From: Macrostomum hystrix
Taxonomy: Eukaryota; Animalia; Platyhelminthes
Length of the DNA: 64,000 nt
Direction of reading: 5' to 3'
Assembly: GCA_950097015.1 (NCBI GenBank)
Contig: CATNEN010000008.1
Coordinates: forward strand, 3,100,001 to 3,164,000
Both the position numbers and the translations under genes were made by a program. Under the pieces are notes generated by a model, which saw only the letters and a program-made list of their open reading frames with translations, was not told where the DNA came from and did no database searches. This document shows positions 26,301 to 37,367 of this stretch, piece by piece. Every line of letters begins with the position of its first letter. Position 1 is the first letter of the stretch.

Positions 26301-29300
26301 TGAGGATTGAAGGGAGATTCTACTGAGGGTTGAAGGGAGATTCTACTGAGGATTAAAGGGAGATTCTACTGAGGATTAAAGGGAGATTCTACTGAGGGTT
26401 GAAGGGAGATTCTACGGAGTGTTGAAGGGAGATTCTACTGAGGATTAAAGGGAGATTCTACGGAGTGTTGAAGGGAGATTCTACTGAGGATTAAAGGGAG
26501 ATTCTACTGAGGATTAAAGGGAGATTCTAGTGAGGGTTGAAGGGAGATTCTACTGAGGATTGAAGGGAGATTCTACTGAGGGTTGAAGGGAGATTCTACT
26601 GAGGGTTGAAGGGAGATTTTACTGAGGATTGAAGGGCGATTTTACTGAGGGTTGAAGGGAGATTCTACTGAGGATTAAAGGGAGATTCTACTGAGGATTA
26701 AAGGAAGATTTTACTGAGGGTTGAAGGGAGATTCTACTGAGGGTTGAAGAAAGATTCTACTGAGCATTGAAGGGAGATTCTACTGAGGATTGAAGGGAGA
26801 TTCTACTGAGGGTTGAAGGGAGATTCTACTGAGGATTAAAGGGAGATTCTACTGAGGATTAAAGGGAGATTCTACTGAGGATTGAAGGGAGATTCTACTG
26901 AGGGTTGAAGGGAGATTCTACTGAGGGTTGAATGGAGATTCTACTGAGGGTTGAATGGAGATTCTACTGAGGATTAAAGGAAGATTTTACTGAGGATTGA
27001 AGGGAGATTCTACTGAGGGTTGAAGGGAGATTTTACTGAGGATTGAAGGGCGATTTTACTGAGGATTGAAGGGAGATTCTACTGAGGATTAAAGGGAGAT
27101 TCTACTGAGGATTAAAGGGAGATTCTACTGAGGATTGAAGGGAGATTCTACTGAGGGTTGAAGGGAGATTCTACTGAGGGTTGAAGGGAGATTCTACTGA
27201 GGATTGAAGGGAGATTCTACTGAGGATTGAAGGGAGATTCTACTGAGGGTTGAAGGGAGATTCTACTGAGGATTAAAGGAAGATTTTACTGAGGATTGAA
27301 GGGAGATTCTACTGAGGGTTGAATGGAGATTCTACTGAGGGTTGAAGGGAGATTCTACTGAGGATTGAAGGGAGATTTTACTGAGGATTGAAGGGCGATT
27401 TTACTGAGGGTTGAAGGGAGATTCTACTGAGGGTTGAAGGGAGATTCTACTGAGGGTTGAAGGGAGATTCTACTGAGGGTTGAAGGGAGATTCTACTGAG
27501 GATTGAAGGGAGATTCTACTGAGGATTGAAGGGAGATTCTACTGAGGGTTGAAGGGAGATTCTACTGAGGGTTGAATGGAGATTCTACTGAGGGTTGAAT
27601 GGAGATTCTACTGAGGATTAAAGGAAGATTTTACTGAGGATTGAAGGGAGATTCTACTGAGGGTTGAAGGGAGATTTTACTGAGGATTGAAGGGCGATTT
27701 TACTGAGGATTGAAGGGAGATTCTACTGAGGATTAAAGGGAGATTCTACTGAGGATTAAAGGAAGATTTTACTGAGGGTTGAAGGGAGATTCTACTGAGG
27801 GTTGAAGAAAGATTCTACTGAGCATTGAAGGGAGATTCTACTGAGGATTGAAGGGAGATTCTACTGAGGGTTGAAGGGAGATTCTACTGAGGATTAAAGG
27901 GAGATTCTACTGAGGATTAAAGGGAGATTCTACTGAGGATTGAAGGGAGATTCTACTGAGGGTTGAAGGGAGATTCTACTGAGGGTTGAATGGAGATTCT
28001 ACTGAGGGTTGAATGGAGATTCTACTGAGGATTAAAGGAAGATTTTACTGAGGATTGAAGGGAGATTCTACTGAGGGTTGAAGGGAGATTTTACTGAGGA
28101 TTGAAGGGCGATTTTACTGAGGATTGAAGGGAGATTCTACTGAGGATTAAAGGGAGATTCTACTGAGGATTAAAGGGAGATTCTACTGAGGATTGAAGGG
28201 AGATTCTACTGAGGGTTGAAGGGAGATTCTACTGAGGGTTGAAGGGAGATTCTACTGAGGATTGAAGGGAGATTCTACTGAGGATTGAAGGGAGATTCTA
28301 CTGAGGGTTGAAGGGAGATTCTACTGAGGATTAAAGGAAGATTTTACTGAGGATTGAAGGGAGATTCTACTGAGGGTTGAATGGAGATTCTACTGAGGGT
28401 TGAAGGGAGATTCTACTGAGGATTGAAGGGAGATTTTACTGAGGATTGAAGGGCGATTTTACTGAGGGTTGAAGGGAGATTCTACTGAGGGTTGAAGGGA
28501 GATTCTACTGAGGGTTGAAGGGAGATTCTACTGAGGATTGAAGGGAGATTCTACTGAGGGTTGAAGGGAGATTCTACTGAGGATTGAAGGGAGATTCTAC
28601 TGAGGGTTGAAGGGAGATTCTACTGAGGGTTGAAGGGAGATTCTACTGAGGGTTGAAGGGAGATTCTACTGAGGATTGAAGGGAGATTCTACTGAGGATT
28701 GAAGGGAGATTCTACTGAGGGTTGAAGGGAGATTCTACTGAGGATTAAAGGAAGATTTTACTGAGGATTGAAGGGAGATTCTACTGAGGGTTGAATGGAG
28801 ATTCTACTGAGGGTTGAAGGGAGATTCTACTGAGGATTGAAGGGAGATTTTACTGAGGATTGAAGGGCGATTTTACTGAGGGTTGAAGGGAGATTCTACT
28901 GAGGGTTGAAGGGAGATTCTACTGAGGATTGAAGGGAGATTCTACTGAGGGTTGAAGGGAGATTCTACTGAGGATTGAAGGGAGATTCTACTGAGGATTG
29001 AAGGGAGATTCTACTGAGGGTTGAAGGGAGATTCTACTGAGGATTGAAGGGAGATTCTACTGAGGGTTGAAGGGAGATTCTACTGAGGGTTGAATGGAGA
29101 TTCTACTGAGGGTTGAATGGAGATTCTACTGAGGATTAAAGGAAGATTTTACTGAGGATTGAAGGGAGATTCTACTGAGGGTTGAAGGGAGATTTTACTG
29201 AGGATTGAAGGGCGATTTTACTGAGGATTGAAGGGAGATTCTACTGAGGATTAAAGGGAGATTCTACTGAGGATTGAAGGGAGATTCTACTGAGGGTTGA

Positions 29301-30295
29301 AGGGAGATTCTACTGAGGGTTGAAGGGAGATTCTACTGAGGATTGAAGGGAGATTCTACTGAGGATTGAAGGGAGATTCTACTGAGGGTTGAAGGGAGAT
29401 TCTACTGAGGATTGAAGGAGATTCTACTGAGGATTGAAGGGAGATTCTACTGAGGATTAAAGGAAGATTTTACTGAGGATTGAAGGGAGATTCTACTGAG
29501 GGTTGAAGGGAGATTCTACTGAGGGTTGAAGGGAGATTCTACTGAGGATTAAAGGAAGATTTTACTGAGGATTGAAGGGAGATTCTACTGAGGGTTGAAG
29601 GGAGATTTTACTGAGGATTGAAGGGCGATTTTACTGAGGATTGAAGGGAGATTCTTCTGGGGGTTGCAGGGAGATTCTACTGAGGATTGAAGGGAGATTC
29701 TACTGAGGGTTGAAGGGAGATTCTACTGAGGATTGAAGGGAGATTCTACTGAGGATTGAAGGAGATTCTACTGAGGATTGAAGGGAGATTCTACTGAGGA
29801 TTGAAGGGAGATTCTACTGAGGGTTGAAGGGATATTCTACTGAGGATTGAAGGAGATTCTACTGAGGGTTGAAGGGAGATTCTTCTGGGGGTTGCAGGGA
29901 GATTCTACTGAGGATTGAAGGGAGATTCTACTGAGGGTTGAAGGGAGATTCTACTGAGGATTGAAGGGAGATTCTACTGAGGATTGAAGGAGATTCTACT
30001 GAGGATTGAAGGGAGATTCTACTGAGGATTGAAGGGAGATTCTACTGAGGGTTGAAGGGAGATTCTACTGAGGATTGAAGGAGATTCTACTGAGGGTTGA
30101 AGGGAGATTCTACTGAGGATTGAAGGGAGATTCTACTGAGGATTGAAGGAGATTCTACTGAGGGTTGAAGGGAGATTCTACTGAGGATTGAAGGAGATTC
30201 TACTGAGGATTGAAGGGAGATTCTACTGAGGATTGAAGGGAGATTCTACTGAGGATTGAAGGGAGATTCTTCTGGGGGTTGCAGGTAGATTCTCG
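23343..30295. repeat. 23-bp satellite GGGAGATTCTACTGAGGATTGAA, ~300 copies (~7 kb)
   Basis: Period of 23 with recurring variants. Confidence 0.97.
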
Positions 30296-30857
30296 CTAAG
30301 GTTTAATGTGAAAAATCCCTATTATTGGATGTTGCTTTTTAGATCTCATGCCTTGATAGCTTGCAAGCAGACCTAAGACTATTCGCTGTGAGCCAGAGAT
30401 TCTGTCCAATCGGTTTGATTGTAGGGGTCATCATACCCAGGCAAGTCAGTTAGGAAACAAGTGATCTAAAGACACCAGATCAGCATGCATAAGGATCTAC
30501 ATGCAAATACGGCCTGCTCTGGTGAGTGCGACATCTGACCTCCGCCGGGCCAAGCATAAAACAGCTCACAATGTTATCCTTGGAAGTCTACAGCCCGCTG
30601 GCCTAATGCGCTGTTCCCGCATGGCCCATAAACTGGACTGATCGAAATTGCCAAATCCAATCAAGGTCAGTGAGGAAATGGGAGAGAAATCCCAGTCCAG
30701 GATCTGCCGGCAGACAGGACCATGTTCTTGGTCTGTACACACTGGCGGACAACTTCAGCCGCCCGTCGGCAAACCCCCCGGCAGCATCAGCTGTTCAATT
30801 GCACTACTGACAGTAGCCACTCACTGGCCGAGCTGCTAAGCCAGCTGCCAGCTGCAG

Positions 30858-31693
30858 AGGGAGATTATCATTGAGATGTGAGGGAGATTCTCGTTGAGAT
30901 GGGAGGGAGATTCGCATTGAGATGGAAGGGAGATTCTCATTGAGATGTGAGGGAGATTCTCGTTGAGATGGGAGGGAGATTCGCATTGAGATGGGAGGGA
31001 GATTATCATTGAGATGGGAGGGAGATTCACATTGAGATGGGAGGGAGATTCTCATTGTGATGGGAGCGAGATTCTCATAGAGATGGGAGGGAGATTCTCA
31101 TAGAGATAGGAAGGAGATTCTCGTTGAGATGGTAGGGAGATTCTCATTGAGATTGGATGGAGATTCTCGTTGAGATGGGAGGGAGATTCTCGTTGAGATG
31201 GGAGGGAGATTCTCACTGAGATGGGAGGGAGATTCTCATTGAGATGGGAGGGAGATTCTCGTTGAGATGGGAGGGAGATTCTCACTGAGATGGGAGGGAG
31301 ATTCTCATTGAGATGGGAGGGAGATTCTCATTGAGATGGGAGGGAGATTCTCGTTGAGATGGGAGGGAGATTCTCACTGAGATGGGAGGGAGATTCTCAC
31401 TGAGATGGGAGGGAGATTCTCATTGAGATGGGAGGGAGATTCTCATTGAGATGGGAGGGAGATTCTCACTGAGATGAAAGAGAGATTCTCATTGGGATGG
31501 GAGGGAGATTCTCGTTGAGATGGGAGGGAGATTCTCGTTGAGATGGGAGGGAGATTCTCACTGAGATGGGAGGGAGATTCTCATTGAGATGGGAGGGAGA
31601 TTCTCGTTGAGATGGGAGGGAGATTCTCACTGAGATGGGAGGGAGATTCTCACTGAGATGGGAGGGAGATTCTCATTGAGATGGGAGGGAGAT
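30858..31693. repeat. 23-bp satellite GGGAGATTCTCATTGAGATGGGA, ~36 copies
   Basis: Period of 23; shares GGGAGATTCT with the preceding array. Confidence 0.93.
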
Positions 31694-32302
31694 TAGCAGA
31701 GGACCAAACCATCTGAGGGGTGGAATTCAAATAAAGAACACAACGCAACAGCGGCGCCAAAATCGAGTTTTATCTTTTATAAATGTTAATTTCACTGTTT
31801 ACTCTCATTTAAATCATTGCTGTTTTACTGTCCAAACAAACAAACGCAAAGCAAATCGAGCAAGCTGAGGAATCGAAGGAGAACACACTGGTATCGGCCA
31901 ATCAGAACTAGCTGGCATTTAATTTCACTGCTGGGATCGCGTTTCGGCTGTAGGAGGGCGCGAGCGGAAAGCTACTAAGCACACAGGACTTAATCCCTAA
32001 ATCGCTAAGTTGCACAGATAGAATCTCAAATCGGAATAGTTGAAGACGTCCTTAAGTGCAGGCTGACAGAGAAAGAATGAATCGGACTCGCACACTAAAC
32101 AGTGACACAGAGATGCAGTCTCCAAACGGGACAGGGGCACAACACGCAGTAAAGCACAGTGCACACACTCCACCAGGCCAAGAGAAAGCGCGCACAACGT
32201 TCATGGAGGCTGTGAGACCAGTTCTGCCAGAATGTCCCTCTCATTTCACTGATATTAAACAGACTTGGATGAGGAGGGTGGCAGCGCCCCATTGTGGACC
32301 AA

Positions 32303-35300
32303 TCAGCTAGCGGCATCCTCGTCAAGGGCGTTCCACCGGTTGCTGACTGACACGGCCTCTGGCTTGGCTTGGCCGCCACCGCTGCCTCCGCCGCCTGAGG
32401 TCTGCGGATGCGGCGCGTAGCCCCGGCCGGACCGACTGCCCTGCTCCCGGACACTCTCGAATGGCCGATTGTCCTCGGCCCGCGACCTTGACTCGGCCTC
32501 GTCGTCGTCAGCTCCGGCGCTGCCACCAGCGCCACCGACACTGCCGGGAGCCAGGGTGGGGAACTCCGACACGTCGTTGATGTTGGGCGCGTTCTTATCG
32601 CGTCGTCCGGTGCTGCGCGGCAGCGGCCTCGCCTGGAACAGGTCGGTCGCCGGACGCCCGCTGACTGCTGCAGCCGCGGTGACCGGAGCTGCGGCTCCCC
32701 GACGATTCGGTGGTACGTACTTGGTGCGAGCCGGCGCGGCGCCTTCACCACCAGAGGCAGCCGCCTGCGAGTCGCTTGCATCAGACGTCGCCGTGGGGGC
32801 GGCAGGCGCCGCTGATGAAGCCTCGCTGCCAGCTTCAGTGCTAGCAGCTTCGGCGGTTGGGGAGGCGGCAGAGGCAGCAGCAGAAGCAGCGGCCTCGGCA
32901 GCGGCGGCTTTGCGCTTCCAAGGTCCTTCATCAACGGTGGCGTCGCCATCCTGACCGGAGCCGGACTCGCCGCCGTCGGCTCCACCTCGACCAGACTCCT
33001 GATTGGCTGGCCGGTCCGCCAAGTTGACAACTCGCAGGCCCTCCAAGTTCAGGCTTGATGGATCTTCGAAGTCTTCCCAGTCGTCATCCTCCTAGCCAGC
33101 GATTTGGATTTGGGTTTATGATTTAGTGCTCAGTGTGCAAATTTAACACGAATTCAGCAACCATTTCATGGCTCAAAATTCTGCATGGCTTCATGCGGCA
33201 CACATTATGTAGGTACAATGATGCACCAAATTTTAATGTTACTAGATTTGTAAATATCTGAGAGAACCAAAATTTAAATACAGAAAACACTAAAAGTTGC
33301 AGGACAATGTTACTTGCAAATTCCTAACTCTGTAGCCACATGAATAAATAACACTTGGGACTAGACGGCATATCACAATGACTGTAATACGAACCCAATC
33401 TAGTCTTGAGAGCAGGTAATATAGAGACAATTGCATGGCAATATATCATCAAAAACAAAAATACCCTGGCCTTTTGTACTTGTACTCGTAAACAAATTGG
33501 AATCTAAGTTTTTCAACCAGTTTCAACATTAAAATTAAGGCCTAGTTTGTGTTTTTTGTTCTTGTGGGTGGTGGGGATAGAAAGTCTAAATGTATATTTT
33601 TATTACTAAAATAGTTTTAGTCAACAAATTTAACTTTAATTTCAAAGTAGAAAATATGTTAAAAAATTGGTAAACAAATATTATTCAGCATTTTGTTCAA
33701 TTAAAATATGGTTGTTTTTTTTTACAAAAATATATTTATGTTGTTTTAATACACAAGTTTAGCAAATAGGTTGAAATATTTTGTTTATTTAATTTAAATT
33801 TTTAATTAAATTATGAAACATATTTTATAAACAATTACAAATGTTTGAATTTCTTCCACTTTTTGCTGTACAAAATGGGACCAGAAGCATACATAAAAAG
33901 CTTCACATTAGAATTTGGTATTTATATGTCCCTTGGCTACACACCAATTTCATTCTAGCATGCATGTGCCACCTTTGTAACTATAGGTCCTGCCTATGCC
34001 CCCTAAGTTCCTGAATTATAGACACAGTTGCCATGTCCATAAGCAAGCCACAACTCTAAATTAGGGAAGTTTTCAGCTGATGAGCAAGGCATGGCAACAG
34101 TACCCTAAGTGTGACATTAAATATAGGCATATAAACATAGTCCGAATTTTGTTGGCAGCATGCCAGAAGAAAAATTGTGAAAAAATTGTATGCACGCCAA
34201 GGATGCAAAGTTTTTTTCAAATTGCATGCCAGTGCACAACAAGGTGGTACATCATATAATTTGTATAAAAAAAGAAATAACACATTTTTTTATTTAAAGA
34301 GACAAACTGGCTTCTATTTTTTGTATTTAACAAAAAGCAATATTGAACAGAACAATTTAATTATTTATAGTCTAATAATATACATAGTCTAATTTATAAA
34401 ACTTAAAAATGTTTTTACAGATAACAGAACATTTTGTTTTAAGTCATGCAAAGTCCATTAAATAATTGGTAGATATTTGTACGCTAATTGTACATACAGA
34501 TAGGGCCTACATGAAACACATATTTGATCTCTTTTTAAATGCAATGTACAATTGCATGCTGCACCATTGCTATGCATGCCATGCAAGCCTTGCACGCCAA
34601 AGTGTACACTAACCCTTAAAATATATATCAATGCACCATTCACGCTAGCTGAAAACAAATGCTGGAAAATTCCGGCATGCACTATATGATCTGGACTACG
34701 GAATATTGGATGTTTAGCAATATTTGATGGAGTTCAATGACTTAAACCTGGATAGGGTAATGTATCATCAACCAAACAAGAATGTGTATTTTTTTAACTT
34801 CAAACCTAAGCTACAGATTTTTTATTTAAGATATGATGATAAATCAAAAGCCAAGTTATAGAAAACAGTTACATCTTTATCAAATTTTATCAAATAGAAA
34901 AAGTTATTCCTGCTTTTGCTATTTTATCAAATAGAAAAAAGTTATTCCTGCTTTTTATCAAAAACCGAACAATGATTTTCATGTATCTTCAAACCAAACA
35001 GAGAATTTGATGTTTGGTTTTACAATTTGAGTGAGTGGTTTTATCTTATTTTAAGGAGTGAACTATCATGAACTATGTAATTTGAAAGCATTTTTCATGC
35101 TCTATAAATAACTACATTTATGGTCATTTAATTGGCAAGCAACCACATACAATCTTTGTCTAAAGTATATAATGAGAAAATGTTGTTAAAAAGTATGCTT
35201 TTGCAATAAATATTCTTACTGAAACATCAATATCTTTCTTTCCTCTTAATGCTTCATTGCACATCATGCCTCAGCTTGTAGATAATTTCTTCAACTTTCA

Positions 35301-35791
35301 AATTAGTTGTTCTGTGAAACACAATAGCTTGTTTCTGTCTTGCACGAGACCAAGGAAGAAGTCAAAATTTTTGTTCGGTTTTGAAGATACACTGTTCGGT
35401 TGATGATACATTACCCTACTCAAAAAGAAAACAAAAGCATGATAAAACCTGTCAGGAAAATAGATTATTGACAATAACTAAGTACCAAAATGACATAAGC
35501 AGTGTAATAAAATAATATTCTCTTATTGAAAAGCAAAGCTAGGGGCCTAGAGTAAAAAGACAGGCAAAAAATTCTGCCTTGGTTAGGAAACTTGACAAAA
35601 CATACCTTTGTCTTTTTAAGAACATGTGGTGCTTGTTCGTTACTTTCCAGCTGCTGCTTTTTCTTTAACTTCTCTTGTTTGGCCTCAGTTTCCTTTTTAA
35701 TCTCATCAAAAAGATTTGCCGCAATAACCTTTGTCTTCGACTTTCCTTTCTTCTTATCTTTTTTGGCAAAAAAGTCATCAAGGTCGCCCAT
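32303..35791 (-). CDS. CDV3: CDV3 homolog, 2 exons: 35606-35791 and 32303-33091 (324 aa)
   Basis: N-terminal MGDLDDFFAKKDKKK, EDDDWEDFE...LEGLRV, C-terminal APNINDVSEFPTL and SVSNRWNALD match CDV3 family motifs. Phase-0 intron AAG|gtatgt ... ctag|GAG; TGA at 32303-32305. Confidence 0.9.
34755..35416. mobile_element. MITE-like non-autonomous DNA element in the CDV3 intron
   Basis: TA|GGGTAATGTATCATCAACCAAACA at the left and TGTTCGGTTGATGATACATTACCC|TA at the right (near-perfect inverted repeat, TA flanks). A second internal inverted pair GTATCTTCAAA(A)CC(A/G)AACA; no ORF. Confidence 0.7.
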
Positions 35792-37089
35792 TTTGCAAAT
35801 AGACAAAGGCAGTTAAAATATGCCAAATGTATGAAAAACTGCTTCACCCCGGCACGGCGTGCTGCGAGGCACGGGAATAAATATGCCTGACGGAACTTGG
35901 TGGCGCTTAGTTGAATTCTTGACACTGGTATCGAAAAACTACGAATTCTCTGTTCCGTTAAATTAGAATTAAAAATTCTAAAAAGTGAGTTGTTTAAAAC
36001 AACAAGTATTCCTTTAGTCTAAAAATTTAGATTATCTTTTAAATTTAGACTTGGAATAGAAAAATAATTATAATAAAGAATATGCGAATGACAACAGTTA
36101 AAATATAACTCACCAAATGCGAACATTTTCGCTTTCACCATTTTCTAGAAAGTTCCACTGTTCCAGTAAAAACGTGAGCTACTATGGCTCCAACACGAAT
36201 ATTATTTCTCTAGTAGGTTATAAATATTAGATTTTGTTAGCTTGTATATTTCTAGAAAAATCTTTGTCAGTTGTTGTCTGCACTAATGGCACTTAATTCA
36301 AAGTAAAAATAGTGCCCGCTATTATTACGTACCAATCGCATTTTTTCTATTAAAAGTTAGCGACAGTGCTAATTTGCATCACATTACTAATTATAATTAG
36401 CATTAGAGATGCCCATCACTAAATAGCGTTAGTGATGCCCATCACTGCTTAAAATACAACTTTTAGTTATATGGCTACTGTACAGATACAGCCTTCTTAA
36501 AGAAAAGAGATACAGTCTTATGAAATGTATTTGAAATTAACTGTACATTATGTTGTCCTTTTCGCTACTCATAGTGTTAGTAGTCACTGTAGTAGCACAT
36601 GTTGCAGTTACAGAGCAGGCTCTATCTATACTTTTGTTATTAAAGTATTTTTAATAGTTTAACAAATAAATATTTTGGCATTTTATAATTTATTTTCACT
36701 AATGATATATCATCATCATTAATATGCTAACCCCAGCAAACAAATGGATATTGAAAGCATCAAACTAAACCATTGGCATTGATGTTGGTCAAAACAAATG
36801 TTTTTTTGCCAGATGACTAGATTACTTTAAATTATATCAAAACACAGTCTAGCACAAAATCTCCCTTTATCAATTATCAACAATTAATATAGACAAGCAA
36901 TTCAGCAATTGATGCTCTGATTGCCAAGTCCTTTTTTTTCACACAATCACAGAGCTTTTTGGTTGGAATGGAAACGTGTGTATTAATAACCATGCAATAA
37001 AATATGAATCAATCATAATTTTAAAGCCTCACAAATAAATGGTACAAAATTAAAGAATTAAACTTATCAATTTCTGTAACTTCTCTTGA

Positions 37090-37160
37090 GCATCGGTGGT
37101 TCAGTGGTAGAATGCTCGCCTGCCACGCGGGCGGCCCGGGTTCGATTCCCGGCCGATGCA
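37090..37160 (+). tRNA. tRNA-Gly-GCC: tRNA-Gly (GCC), identical copy 3
   Basis: Same 71-nt sequence, followed by CTCTTTT. Confidence 0.97.
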
Positions 37161-37367
37161 ACTCTTTTGGCATTGGTTAGTAGTTTTAAGGACTTTAAAA
37201 CACATTTATAAAGTTGTAATATTTCAAAGGGGTTTTTTCTTTTTTAGAATTCAAACTGTATTAAATGTCTACACTCATAATATTTTCATACAACAAAACT
37301 TTGCTATTTGTATAATTTTTTGCAATTGAAATCCCCGATATGTGGCAAAAAAAAGTTTTTTTTTCAG

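Noticed and set aside
30300-30850. Faint resemblance to a DIRS-type retroelement fragment
   Set aside because: Only a weak pattern with in-frame stops; not supportable without a profile search.
4777-31693. Regularly spaced repeats as possible CRISPR arrays
   Set aside because: Units are head-to-tail with no unique spacers, there are no cas genes, and the context is eukaryotic with introns.
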